64,000 nt of DNA, from contig NC_057718.1 of the NCBI RefSeq assembly GCF_004010195.1, forward strand, positions 89,072,787 through 89,136,786, given 5' to 3'. Below are positions 25,251 to 38,831 of the stretch, piece by piece. A program made the translations under genes and the position numbers. Within the stretch, counting starts at the first letter, position 1. The number at the start of each line of letters is the position of its first letter. Under the pieces are notes generated by a model. That model did no database searches. It was not told where the DNA came from and saw nothing but the letters and a program-made list of their open reading frames with translations. The stretch is from Chiloscyllium plagiosum. Lineage: Eukaryota.

Positions 25251-26284
25251 CAGTGTCAGAGTAAAGGACAGATAAATTAATAAATTCAAATATGAGTTTC
25301 AGTCAAAGATAGATGACATTGTCCCAAGATTAAACAGTGTCACATTGTGCTTTTTCCTGCAAAGATTGAGAGTTGCAGCTTGTGTTCACTTACCTGACAG
25401 GCCTGTCTCTGCCAAAAACCTCAAACTGTCTCAGTCCAGCGGAAATCACAGATCATGTCTGATCAGACTTTGATGTTTAAAATTTTTTTTTTTAACTGGC
25501 TTGGATACAGCATCAGCATCTCTCAAACAGATTCCAAGTGTTTGTTTTGAAATGGAGTGAAAAGAAGTGACAATAGGTTGTTATGAAGTATAGAGTGAGC
25601 CGAGTCCAGCCATTCTAAAGCTTAGAGAAATCAAGAGTTGCTCACTGCATGTAATATCCAAAGATTAGATTCCCTACAGTGTGGAAACAGGCACTTCAGC
25701 CCCACATCAACCCTCTGAAGAGTAACCCACCCAGTCCCATTTCCCTCTGACTAATGCACCTAACACTATGGGCAATTTCCCATGGCCAATTCACCTGACC
25801 TGCACATCTTTGGACTGTGGGAGGAAACCAGAGCACCCAGAGGAAACCCACGCAGACACAGGGAGAATGTGCAAACTCCACACAGACTGTCACCCAAGGC
25901 TAGAATCAAACCTGGGACCCTGGTGCTGTGAGGCAGCAGCGCTAACCACTGAGCTACCCTGCATGTCGGTTAGCTTGACATGACAAAAGCTAACCGGGTG
26001 GAGTAGGAAAAATATATCATAGACTGGAATCTCCAGCACAAACCATTCTTGAAACAAAATCCGTGAATTATTTTAAAGAGATTGAAATGGAAAGAGGGTT
26101 TGAACGAGAGGACCTTGACTAGATTGGAGGCTCATGTGGAGGCAAATGCCAGCAAAAAAGCTGTGCCTTCCATTACCCCCAACAATACATCCCACTTCAT
26201 CCCCACCTTCCTACTGCATGCACAGGAGGGCCTCCTCCCTCCTTATGTTCCAGGTTCTTAAGAAAACCTTTCTGTGAACTGGCA

Positions 26285-27100
26285 GTTCCGAAGAAGAGTC
26301 AATCCAGACTCAAAACGTTAACTCTGTCTCCCCGCTGCCTCTCCACAGGTGCTGCCAGAGCTGCTGAGATTCTCCAGAGTTCTCAATGTTTGTTTGTTAG
26401 CAGTCTGTCTGTACTTCTCTGATCTGGTTTACTCGCTGCTCACAGTTTGGTCTCCAGGTACACTGGGGGAGGTCAAATGCAGACTGGGTGACCACTTTGT
26501 AGAACACCTCTGCTCAGGCTGGAAGCAACCCTCCAACCTTCGGTAAATCATCTCACTCACATTCATGTTTCTGTCCTGGGCCAACTGTAGGGCTCCAGTG
26601 AAACCTAAGGCCAGCTGGAGGAACAGCACTTAATTTTCCATTGAGGCACTTTACAGCTTTCAGGATTTAACGTTGAGTTCAACAACTCCAACCTCTATTT
26701 TGATATGTTTTTCCTCTAGTGTCTGTATCTTGCTTTCCAGTTTCTGCCTTCAGTCAGATCTGTCCTTTATTCTGATAGTAACACCTACTCTGGATCTTGT
26801 CTCTGAATTCATTACTGATCCCTTTACAATTTGTTCTCTGATACCTGTGATCTCAAATCTCCTTCACCCTCTAGTCCTATCATTATGGTCCACTTGCTCC
26901 TCCCCATTCTCACTATAGTATCAATCACTTTTCCACCTCACTTCAATTCTGAAGAGGAGGTAGGCTCAACCGAAAAGGTTAACTCTGTTTTTCTCTCTCT
27001 CTGTCTCCACAAACCCCCACAGCTAGACCTGCTGAGTTTCTCCAATACTTTCTGTTTTTGCTTCAGATTTCCAGCACGCACAGTATTTTGCTTTTGTATT
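26285..27100 (+). mobile_element. PLE remnant: terminal repeat, GIY-YIG endonuclease fragment, second terminal repeat (family C)
   Basis: DLVYS...GEVKCRLGDHFVEHL matches the (L/I)Y...YIGETKRRLxxRFxEH pattern, then LEEQHLIFH; hammerhead-like repeats in direct orientation at ~26286-26325 and ~26947-26985. Confidence 0.75.
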
Positions 27101-27276
27101 GAACTGCTGACATAAGCTAAATGGGCTGAATGGCCTGTTTCACCATTTGATGATGATTGTGTAACAGGCACTGACAGGTCTGACTGTGTAGCCCCAGCAT
27201 TCTGCCTGTGTAGGTGTGTGTGTGTCAGACACCAATAGTAGTGTTGGGCTGAATGGCCTGTTTCTGTCTTGTCCTA

Positions 27277-28060
27277 GAGAGGTACAGCATGGAAATAGAC
27301 CCTTCGGACCAACACATCCAACTCCGCTAACCAGGTATCCTCAATTAATGTATTCCTATTTGCCAGCACTTGGCCCATATCCCTCTAAATGCTTCCTATT
27401 CATGTACCCATCTAGATGCCTTTTAAATGCTGTAATTGTACCAGCCTCCACCACTTCCTCTGACAGCTCATTCCATATACAGACCACACTCTGCATGAAA
27501 ACGTTGCCCCTTAGGTCCCTTTTAAATCTTCTCCTCTTATCCCTCCAGTTCTGGACTCCCACATACCAGGGAAAAGACCTTCTCTATTTATTCTATCCAT
27601 GCCCCTCATGATTTTGTAAACCTCTATGAGGTCACCCTTCAGCCTCTGACACTCCAGGGAAAACAGCCCCAGCCTGTTCAGCCTCTCCTTATAGCTCAAA
27701 CCCTCTAACCCTGGCAACATTCTTATAAATCTTTTCTGAACCCTTTCAAATTTCACAAATCTTTCCTATAGTAAGGAGACCAGAATTGAATGCCGTATTC
27801 CAAAAGTGGATTGACCAATGTCCGGTACAGCCTCAACATAATCTCTCAACTCCTATACTCAATGCACTGACCAATAAAGACAAGCATACAAAATGCCTTC
27901 TTCACTATCCTATCTACCTGGGACTCCATTTTAAAGGAGCTATGAACCTGTACTCCAAGGTCTCTTTGTTCACCAACACTCCCCAGGACCTTACCGCTAA
28001 CTGTATAAGTCCTGCCGTGATTCGCCTTTCCAAAATGTAGCACTTTACATTTATCTAGAT
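27277..28060 (-). mobile_element. HER1/CR1-like LINE 3' fragment
   Basis: DKCKVLHFGK, ERVQKRFIRMLPGLEGLSYKERLNRLGLFSLE. Confidence 0.9.
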
Positions 28061-28087
28061 TTGATAACTGGCTGGTTTCTAATTGAT

Positions 28088-28370
28088 TAGGAGAAAGTGA
28101 GGAAGGAGAGACAGACAGAGAAAAAGAAAGAGAGAGACAGAGGGAGACAGGGAGAGAAAAATTGAGAGAGAGAGAGAGAGCAAGAGAGAGGCAAGTGGAA
28201 ATCTGAAGAAGAGAGAAGAAAAAGTTGGGAAGAAAGAGAGAGAAAAAAACGAGAGTGCAATGGGAGAGACACAGAGGAGACAACAACAGAGAGACAGAGA
28301 GAAATATGGACAGGATGAGGGAGAAAGAGATAGAAAGCGAGAGATGGGAGAGCATCGGAGAGAGAGATAT
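28088..28370. repeat. GA-rich low-complexity polypurine tract
   Basis: ~280 bp of degenerate (GA)n/(GAGACA)n. Confidence 0.9.
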
Positions 28371-30239
28371 CGTTAAGCCTTGTCATCCTACACTGACATG
28401 CTCAATTAATTGCAGTAAGTAAAAATATCCTGAAATATTAACAAGTGCCTTGATTATGGAAATTATCCAGTAGCTTGGCTGGTCCATATACTAGACTGCA
28501 ATGGGTCATGATCTTAACACAAATCACATTTGGATTTCATTCTGCACTTTGTCCCCAAATTAAACATGACAGCCAATCCCTCTTTATACATACAGGATCA
28601 CCCACTTCATTTAGGCTGGTGTAAGTGTAAAGGTGCAGGTAAGAGTGAGTAGTTAGCACATCACATGGGCTTGCAGCAGAACTGCGATAGAGACCTGGTG
28701 GGCCAAGTGATCACAAACATTTTGTTGAAAACTGGGGTTTACGGAATCGATTGCAACATCACTGAAATCCAATGCGCACATTTCAGACGTGAATCCACTG
28801 GCTATGGAGTGCTTTGGTATCGCCTGGGGCTGTGAACAGCACCCAATAAACACAAATTTAATTCTTTTTCTTCATCCATGGTGTCCAACACAGTAGATTT
28901 ATCACTTTCATCTTTCAGCTGTAAATTAATAAATGGAATTGTACATTTTGGCATGACTGGTGAGTAAGATAGTCAGGGAAGGGGAAAGGTGGGGGCAGAT
29001 CTCCCTGTGAGGCCAAGGAGAATAGTTTCACAAGGCATTACTCTCTAACCTACAGTAGACCGTACTTGACCTGGGGATGTCTGAATGCACTGAGCCTGAA
29101 ACATGTCCCTTTCCCTGTTGCTAACTTGGGTGTTTTTGCCATAAGAAGGTCCCAGAAGTGGACGGAATGATTTTGCTTCCTCCAACATCACCTGGATATT
29201 TACATCCAAACTGTACCTTCTGCCGTGAAGAAACACTCGGGTCTCTGATCATTTTGGCCTTCATCCTGAAGGTTTAAGGCACCTTCTCTTCCACTGGGTC
29301 ACCTCCTTCTAAAATTGTCAATTGGCTCCAGTTTCATGTTGAAACAGCAACTGGACACAATCTAATTCTTGGCAAGCTTTCTAATGTCATCCAGCAGTTC
29401 TCTGCAGTCATCCCAAGCTCAGTTGATTTGTGTTATTAATAATTGTGGCAGCGTCTGTCTGTTTGTGGAAAGATTACTTTGTGGGACTGGCTTGGTGCCT
29501 TCTTACGACTTTTATCACCAGCAAATCTATAAAGATTTCGCTCAAGACTGTCTTCCCTATCCTCTGACCGTTTACAATGTAGCCACCACACGGAGCTCTG
29601 GGAACTAATGTTGGATTCACCAAAGCGCAAGACGGAAGACAACTTTCATTTCTATAGCACCTTTTGTGACTGCAGGAATTCCCAAGCACTTCATGGCAGT
29701 GAACTGTAGTGACCATTGTAATATGTGAACTGCAGCAACCATCTTCATACAAAACAAACTGTCTGAATTATAAGTGTAGTAATGATTAGCTTCTATATTT
29801 TAGTGATCAATATTGAACAGGGAAACCCTTGCCAAACAATGCCATCCCTCTATAGAAGGGCCTTTGTTTTAATATTTCATGTATCTCACAGTGGCCTCGG
29901 ACCGGGTTTGCACATTCTCCCCGTGTTTGCGTCAGTTTCCTCCTGATGCTCCGGTTTCCTCCCACAATCCAAGGTGTGCAGGTCAGGTGAATTAGCCATG
30001 CTAAATTGCCCATAGTGTTAATTGCATTAGTCAGAGGTAAATATAGGGGAATGGGTCTGGGTGTGTTACTCTTCGGAGGGTCGGTGTGGACTTGTTGAGC
30101 CGAGGGGGCTGTTTCCATACTGTAGGGAATCTAATCTAATCTCATCTAATCTCCATCAGTGCATCATCTAGTGCCCTACTAGCTGTTAAGGAGAAGCCTC
30201 TGGAGTTGGTCTTGAACCTTTGTCATTGGGTAAATGTGT

Positions 30240-31790
30240 GGGTCTATTGTAAAGGTTGTATAGCAAAGCATTTGGAGATACACAGCGTTATCAAGCAGAG
30301 GCAGAATGGCTTCATTAAAGGAAAATCATGCCCGACAAATTTATTACTGTTCTTTGACGAGGTAACAAACAGGATAGATAAAGGGGAATCAGTAGATGTA
30401 ATATAGTTGCATTTCCAAAAGGCATTTGATAAGGTACCGAACAGAAGAGTTCTCAATAAGAGCCCAAGGTATTGGTGGCAGTATATTCGTATAGATAGAG
30501 GATTGGCTAATTAATACAAAAGAGTTGGAATGTACTGGGCATTTTCACGATGGCAACTTGTAACTGGTGGAATACGACCAGCACTCAAAATACTATTGCA
30601 AAGTATGCGGGCAACACAAGATTAGGTGGGACTGCAAGTGATGAGGATGACACAAAGAGTCTGCCGAGGGATAAAAACAGGTTAAGCGAGTGGGTAAAAG
30701 CTTGGCAGATGAAATATTATATGGGGAAGTTGAGTTTATGCATTTTGGCAGGAAGAATGAAGTGCTGAATATTACTTAAATTGTAAAAGATTGCAGAAAA
30801 CTGCAGCACAGAGATCATTTGGATCTTCTTGTATGAGTCACTAAAAACATTCAAGTTCAGCTTGTATTTTTAATAAGTCTGCCCAAAATAGAGAATGTAA
30901 AATGAAGGGTGGACTGTATTTCAAAGGGAATAGAGTACACTAGTCTTGTTATAAACATGACAAAGCATGATCAGACCACAATTAGAATACTGTAAGCAGT
31001 TTTGGATCCAGAGAAAGATGTACTTTTATCTGCCTTTATTCATTCATAGGTTGAGGGTATCGCTGGTTAGGTAGCATTTATAGCCCATCCCTAAATGCCC
31101 AGAGGGCAATTAAATGTCAACCACATTGCTGTGGGACTGGAGTCACATGTAGGCCAAACCAGGTAAGGATGGCAGCTTCCTTCCCTAAAGGGCATTAGTG
31201 AACCAGATGGGTTTTTCCCTGACAATCATGGTCATCATTAGACTCCTAACTCCAGATTTCTATTGAATTCAAATTCCACCATCTGCCGTAGTAGGATTTG
31301 AACCTGTGCCCCTAGAACATTATCTGGGCTGACAGTCCAGTGATAATACCACTAGGCTATCACCTCCCCATGGCATTGGACGCAGTCCAGAGGAGGTTGA
31401 CTAGGTTGATCCAGGGGATGGAGGGATTTTCTTATGAGGAGGGGTTGAGCAGAGGTTGAGTCTGCACTCATTGGAGTTTAGAAAATTGCAAGGCCACCTT
31501 CTTGAAATGTATATGTCACTGAGGGGGCTTGACAGGGTAGATCGATAAAGGTTGTCCCACCTGGTGGTATAGGCCATCACTAGAGTGCCAGATCTCAGAG
31601 GTAAGACAGAGATGAGTTAAGACAGAAATGAGGAGGGTTTTCTTCACTTAGAGAGCAGTGAATCTCTGGAATTCTTTATCCGAGAGAGAGGTCGAGGCTA
31701 GGTCATGAAGAAAATTCAAAGAGACAGACAGGTTCTTAATGAGGAAGGGACTCAAAGGATAACAGGAAAAGACAGGAAAGTGGAGTCTTG
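30240..31790 (+). mobile_element. Degenerate CR1 RT fragment interrupted by a SINE at 31035-31368
   Basis: QNGFIKGKSCPTNLLLFFDEVT..ID.G.SVDVI, FQKAFDKVP, KYAGNT (FADDT-like); homology resumes at ~31370. Confidence 0.85.
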
Positions 31791-32625
31791 AAGCTGGAAC
31801 TCAGAGACAGGAAAGCTGTCATTGAGCTGGAGCTTACAGCAAATTCATCCCAGGGGAAATTCGGTGGTGGTGGAAATGGATTGCAGCGAATGTAACTGCA
31901 TGTCGCTCTCAGCCCCTTCTCCTTGACTCCTCAGGGACACTTCACCATCTGCTCAGAATGGGTCTTGCAGGACAGGAATACACTGAATGCCTTCCCCCCT
32001 GTCGGGGGGTGGGGTGGGGTGGGGTGGATTTTGGCGATGATAGTCACAAAATCATGAGTCAGGGTAAAAAAGCTGTTCACTCGTAGCTGTCTTCCTCCCG
32101 AAATAATTGGCTGTGCCATCTTCTCATTGCAGCACCCAACTGGCCTCAGTCAGTCTGCTGGCTTAACCCATTCCGATTTGTACCCTCTGTGTAGGTATGT
32201 GCCTGACGCCTTTGTGTTCTTCTCTCTGGATTGCTCTTATGTTTACTATCTCAACTCCTCAAGTAAGTGGCTGCATTTGAGTAGAACACACTCACTCCCT
32301 TGTGGGGCAGGGGTGAGTGTTCACGGTACAGCTTCATTGAATTTGAGGCCATTTCATTGCTTGGTTGGTTTCTCAGAATTTATACTACAAATGGGTAACT
32401 AAATACAGTTTCAGCCTTCAACATGACATTACAAAGTGCGCTGGAATGATGTGGAATGGCCGTATCGAAAGGCTATCTTCTCAGTCTGAACCATGGGTTT
32501 CAGAATGAGTTCTTCATAATTTCAACTGCAGCACTTTCTGTTCAAGGGGTAGGGGGTCATCATTAGAGGCTTATATTCCATCAGAGATGGGCAGCTCCAG
32601 CTAGACCAGACATGACCTACTGAAG

Positions 32626-32716
32626 GCAAAAGTAAGGACTGCAGATGCTGGAGATCAGAGTCGAAAGTGGGGTGCTGGAAAAGCACAGCAGGTCAGGCAG
32701 CATCTGAGGATCAGGA
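32626..32716 (-). mobile_element. Family A PLE-derived short insert lacking the hammerhead
   Basis: 12-bp TSD gacctactgaag (32614-32625, 32717-32728). Confidence 0.8.
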
Positions 32717-35700
32717 GACCTACTGAAGTGCTAGTCCTGATAATGGGAACAGGAGATAACCTTAGAGATAGATCTTGAAGGTTTCACGTGGAGGGGCTGA
32801 GACTATTGGCTGCTTGTTCCATTGTCAAGTTGTCCAGGGGAAGAATGACTGTTGATACACTGCCTTGGGAACTAATAGCTTTTGTAGTTTGTGTGGATGG
32901 CTCTTTTATTTGTCATTACTTGGGAATCTCGGGTACTTGTTTCTGTTCATTACCACAAATACATTACAAACCCAGAATGTGGTTTCTCCCCACCACTTGC
33001 CACTAGAGCACTGGCTGTGACGTTGTTCAAATTGTTGTTTCGATTCATTTATAAGATGCAATTATCAAAATTTATTGCCCACCTCCAATTGCTAACAGCT
33101 TGAACCACTGCAGTACCAGCTAGGTAGCTTGCCAGGACATCTCAAAGGCAACATGTCAACCAGAATTTCTGGCCTTAAAGGAAGTTAGTGAATCAGATGG
33201 GATTTTATGATAACTGTTTTATAGTCACATGATTGGGCTAGCTTTTAATTTCAGATTTTACTCACCATCTGTCATGCTGGGATTTGAACCCATTTCTCTT
33301 GAGGGTGATAGCCTGGATTAATCATGCAATGACGTTATCCTAACCCACCACCTCCCTGGAATCTATTTTCTCTCCTATTACACTGCAGTGTGGTGCATGA
33401 GCACTCGCAGACCACCAATAGAAGTGATGTGCAGCATTAGGCCCAAAAGAAAATGTCAAGCAAGATCCCAGAGTTGCATCCGTCACTGCTCCCTTTCTTT
33501 GGGTAGTGTTCTGCCACGTCTCAGGGTAATGGTGGCAGCCAGGAGAAGCCATTTGGCCTCTCTGCTGGCACTGGCTTCACCAGATTGGTTCAAAGTCATG
33601 GGGTTGTTCTGGGGCTTACATTTCTGGCTGGAGACTGACTACAGACCTTCTTGTAGAAAGATCCTTAAAGGGAATGAGAGTGGGATTGGAGTGGGTGGGG
33701 TATTAAAGAGTCAAGGAAGTTGAGAAAAAGAACAGAATTAGACTCAGTTTGATATTGAAGGTTATGGGCAATGAGCAAGTGATTGAAGCGTAGGCTTGAT
33801 CGAAAATGTGAAGCGAAAGGCCTAGCTGGGGAACTGTACTCTAGTTGTGGAAGAGCGTCCAAAAATGTTCATGAGAGGTATTAAGAATGGAGCGGGGTTT
33901 CCTGGATTCTCTGATGTGGTGCTGGGTGTCTCAGGCATGGAGGTGGAGAGGAGTGGTCACAGTCTGGAGGGCCACAAGGGCCTCAAGACAGATACTCCTG
34001 AGGATATGGGATTAGGAAACCATCAAAGGTCAATGTGAGGAATGTACCTTGGTACTGCATAAAAAGAATGGGCTTCCACAAGACATTAGTGTCAGTGATT
34101 ATATGTTCAAATGCCATCTCTCAATCATTAGACTCATAGAGTTATACAGCACAGAAACAGATCCTTCCATGCCAAACCAGATATCCTAAACTGACCCAGT
34201 CCCATTTGCCAGTATTTGGCCCATATCCCTCTAAACCCTTCCCGTTTATATATCTATCACATTGCACTGCACCAGGCTGCACTGCAGAATGACCATATCA
34301 CCTTCACACCCATCAGCAATCTCAAACAATGTGGATTCATTGATCATTTTGTTGTTCCCCATAGCTGCTTACCAGTCTCATTCCACGTCTCGTAGCTTCC
34401 TCGCATGAGCAACTATTTACCTGTAGCAGGTACAATCCCGGACACTGCACCACACTCACTGGCACTCTTTCTTTTCTCATCCAGAACAAGAAGGCAGGAG
34501 AGGAGAGAGAGAGTGGGGGAGAGGCACACCTGCATTTCCTGAGACAGTGGTGTGAATTGTTGAGCCAACAGTGACTGACACTGTTGTGATCGGCCTCATC
34601 AGGGCGATGTGATATTACGCACCTTCTCCATCCCTGCTTCAACCTGCCCTCCCCCCCGCCTCAACCTGGTCTGTGAGTCGTGAGACCATTCACCTCTCCT
34701 CTTCCGTCCAATAAAAGCAATGGGAGATAGAATGAGGCCTTTGATTGGCTATTAATTATGGGTAGGTTGGGAGAGGAGTCACATGGTACAACAGCACCTC
34801 CCTCCCGCCAGGGAGGGAAGGTAAAGTTCAACCCAAAATGGCAGGCCAGGCTCCAAGTCGGTATTAGGCATTAAGTGATGCCACGATATGCCAGCTCTGC
34901 ATGCTTTCCCGCACGTGCCCTTTCTGGTGCCCTCCCAAGAAGTGGGTCGGCTGTACAGGAATCAGCCAGCAATGAATTGGCCATCTTCGAGGCACTGACA
35001 CAACACAGCCTCATTTTCTGACCTTTGTACTTTCTTATTGAATAGAGAAGAGCAGAATGACATACATCGGACCCAGAATTATCACCTTGAGCTTTCAATT
35101 TGATTCTAAGACTGTGTTTTGGGGGTCAAAGTCCAAGTGACAGGAAAGTTTTTTTATAGAAAAATCAATGATGCAGCTAATGGGGACACAGTGACCAGCT
35201 CTTCACCACCAGATTATTGCAATGTGTGCTCAGGTATTGCAGTACGTACAGTGACAAGGAACTTCAGCAATCCAAATCTGATCCATCAAATCAAAATCAC
35301 TGGTATTGATTGAAATGACGCTACACTTGCTAGTTGCAGTCACAGTATTATGTGTGCAGTTCTGAAGTCTGTAAATGAATAAAGATGAAGAGACATTGGG
35401 GAAGGTGAGAAAAAAGGTTGACAAACGTGATACTGGAACTGAGGAGATCTCACTATCAGGTATTTATGAACAGATTGAGTTTCTTCAGAAGAAATATCCG
35501 ATCGTGTATATTATAAATCATATTAAATTATATTGTAATTGCAAAGCATGGTGATAAAGTAGACGCAAAATGGTATTTCCAATTCTAAGGGATTCCAGAC
35601 AAGTGTCCATAAACATAAATCACTAATAAACTGATTAAGAAATTCAGGAGCATTGAGGTGTATCTTATAGAAACCTATAAAATTCTAACAGGAGTAGATA

Positions 35701-36054
35701 GTATAAATGCAAGAATGAGTTTTGCAATGACCTGGGATTCCAGAACTAGGGAGAGCTGAGAATGTGGACCACAGCGAATATGGGAGGTTTATACTTGGAA
35801 AGCTAATGAGGAGTTTGTTGATAGGATGGATTGAGGTTAGTTTGGAGGAGGTTCTTATAGGTGTCTCTGTGTTCTGAATTCCAAGTAACAGGATGTAAAA
35901 CAGGAGGAAAATACCCCAGCTGCTGGAAGTCTGAAAACAAAAAATATACATTCAGTTGGTTCAGCAGCAAATACAGTGTCAAAAATTGAATTAACATTTC
36001 AGAAGAGATTACAGGAATGTTGTCCTAACTGATCACTCAGTGCAGGAAGTGATC

Positions 36055-36230
36055 AAGACCAGAAGTCACTCGACACCAAGTTATAGTCCAAGCAGTTTAT
36101 TTGAAATAATAAGCTGCTCCTTCGTCAAATGGACATCAAGCGCTCTAAAAGCTTGTGAAATCAGATAAATGCGTTGGACTATAATCTGGTGTTGTGTGAC
36201 TTCTGACCTTGTTCACCACACCTCCACATA
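36055..36230. mobile_element. Decayed family B inverted-repeat insert
   Basis: agaagtcac..gacacca.gttatagtccaa / ttggactataatctggtgttgtgtgacttct arms. Confidence 0.7.
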
Positions 36231-36279
36231 GTGGAAGTGATCAAGGCAGAAGTGCAGACTCAACTGAGCTCCGTCTCTG

Positions 36280-36785
36280 AGGAAGGGCATTCCGGCTACA
36301 GAGAGAGTGCACCGATGATTTACCAGACTGATGCCTGGGATCGCAGGACTGATGTGAAGAGAGATTGGATAGATTTGGACTTAATCACTTAGAAGAATGA
36401 GGGGTATCTCACAGAAATATATAAGATTCTAACTGGTCTAGACCATGTAAGTTCAAGAACATTGTTTCTAATGACCTGGGGGTCAAGAAATAAGGGTCAT
36501 AGACTAAGGATACAGGTTAGGGTATTCATGACTAAGACAAAGAGAAATTTCTTCACCCAGAGAATGGTGATCCAGTGGAATTCTTTGCTACAGAAAGAAG
36601 TTGAGGTTAAAACATTCAATAGTTTCAAGCAGGAGGTAGAAATAGTTTTTTTGGAATGAAAGGGATCAAAGGATATGGGAAGAAAGCAGGAGTAGTTAGA
36701 TGATTATGCATGATAATATTGAATGATGGCACAGGCTCAAAGGGCTGAATGGCCTACTCCTTTTCCTGTTTTCTATATTTCAATG
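36280..36785 (+). mobile_element. CR1 3' fragment
   Basis: GHRLRI...RNFFTQRMVIQWNSL; an older related piece lies at 35330-35760. Confidence 0.8.
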
Positions 36786-38621
36786 ATATCCTTCCAGCAA
36801 GTGTCCCAGGCACAATATTATACAACACAGATTTAACTTGATAGCCCACTTCAGGAAGTTTACCTGTCTGCAGTGGTACACAATCTGATGAATTTGTTGT
36901 TATTTATTCACTTATTGCCCATCCCTAATTGACCAGAGGTCAGTTAACAGTCAGCCATATGGCTGTGGGTCTGGAGTCACATGTAGGCCAGATGAGGTAC
37001 GGCTGGAATTTTCCTTCCTAAAGGACATGAGTGAATGCCTTGGGTTTTTCTCTCAATCTTAGAAACATACTTACTAACTGAAAAACTCTGTTCCCCATTC
37101 TTGTCAATATATTTCCTCTGTTTCGATCGCACATCCTTCCTTCACGCCTTCACTCCCACACAATAGCCGCACAACTCAAATCAACTGGCCAAGCCAGGGA
37201 AAATTGTTTTTTATCCCTTGCCCTTTGATGTATAGCAAAGAATCTTGAGAACAACCTAAAAAACAATCCCGCACATTGAGACTCCTACACAGCTCAAATC
37301 ATGTTGGGCAACCAACGGAAATTGTTTGAATAATTCTTTTCATTTCCCTTTTGATGTATAGCGGAGTCTTGAGAACGACTTTTAAACATTGGCTTGAGAT
37401 CAAAGACCTGCACCAACCGCTTCAGAACAAATGATCTTGTTCTGGTTTTTAGCCACTTTACGAAAGGGGGAGAAAAACAGTCCCTCAGGTTTTCGATTAT
37501 TGTCTGGAAGTTCTGCATCGTTGAGTTCCAGCTACGAGCCCTCCCTTTTGGAATTCTCTTCATACCAAGCAAGCTATGCCAGAGTTTGTCCAAGGTCACA
37601 TCAGTTATAAGATGCCACCTGACCTTTAGCTGTGGTTTACTTCAGTTTTTTTTTCAGCAACAGTGAAATGTTGAGAAAATGATAAATTCAGTCTTGTCAC
37701 TTATACCAATACGTTAACATTTCAGAAATGCACCATTCGATCAGACTCCCTGCAGTGTGGAAACAGACTCCGTCAGTCCAATAAGTCCACACCAACTCTC
37801 GGAGAGCAACCCACCCAGAACCATTTCCCTCTGACTAATGCACCTAAACACTACGGGCAATTTAGCCTGGCCAATTCACCTGACCTCCACATCTTTGGAG
37901 TGCGGGAGGAAACCAGCGCACCCAAAGGACAGACGTGGGTAGAATGCACACAGACAGTCGCCCTGAGGCAGGAATCGAACCTGGGTCCCTGGTGCTTTTT
38001 CCACTTATGTTTCCATGTTTGATTCTGAATTGTGTCTATCGTGTGAAAGGTTTTTTGAGAAAGGGACAAGCTCTACTGATGCTGTGCCTTATTGCGCCAC
38101 ATTATCTCAAAGAACCTCTGATCCAACAAAATTCCTTTGAAGTACAATCATTTTCAGGGCCACGTGTATCAGCTGTTTGTGCACAGCAAGATCCCAGCAG
38201 AGCAACAAGAGCGATGACCAGTAGGGGAGAGACGGTGGAAGGGGTCAGCCTTGTTATCCGAGGGGAGAATAATTGTCAAGGGAACTTCCTATTCTTCTTC
38301 CCAGAGCACAACACCATCCTTTACAGTCACTGAGTAAGGGGTCATACACACAAACGTATAAATTAGGAAAAGGAGCAGGCCGCTTGAGTTTGCTTTGTGA
38401 TTCAATGAGAGTATGGCTGATCTGAAAAATCCACATTCTCGGAGAAAGTGAGGACTCCACATTCTCACCAACCCTCAACAACGTTTCATTCACTTTCTTA
38501 TCAAGAATCTACCCACCTCTGACTTAAAAAAAACCCAAGATCCCTGCTTCACCTGCCTTCTGAGGACAAGAGAAAAAAAAACTTCCTTCTGCCTGTCTTC
38601 AATGGTTGACCATTTTATTTT

Positions 38622-38831
38622 AGTTAAAAGTCACACAACACCAGGCTATATTCCAATAGGATTATTTGGAAGTTGAAGCTTTTGGAGCGCTGCTCCTTCA
38701 TCAGGTAGCTGATGAGGGAGCAGCGCTCCAAAAGCTAGTGCTTCCAAATCAACCTGTTGGACTATAACCTGGTGTTGTGTGACTTTTAACTTTGTCCACC
38801 CCAGTCCAACACCGGCACCTCCACATCATGG
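38622..38831. mobile_element. Family B inverted-repeat PLE insert with back-to-back hammerhead motifs, inside a minus-strand CR1 fragment (38340-39620)
   Basis: Arms 38622-38705 and 38708-38791. Plus strand CTGATGA(38709-38715)-g-GGAGC-agc-GCTCC-aAAA-GC-TA-gtg; the same motif is on the minus strand. Both have GAAA>AAAA, consistent with CpG decay. Confidence 0.85.

Noticed and set aside
27846..28422. Low-complexity ORFs here and at 40530-41186
   Set aside because: Translations of GA- and GT-rich microsatellites that lack stop codons.
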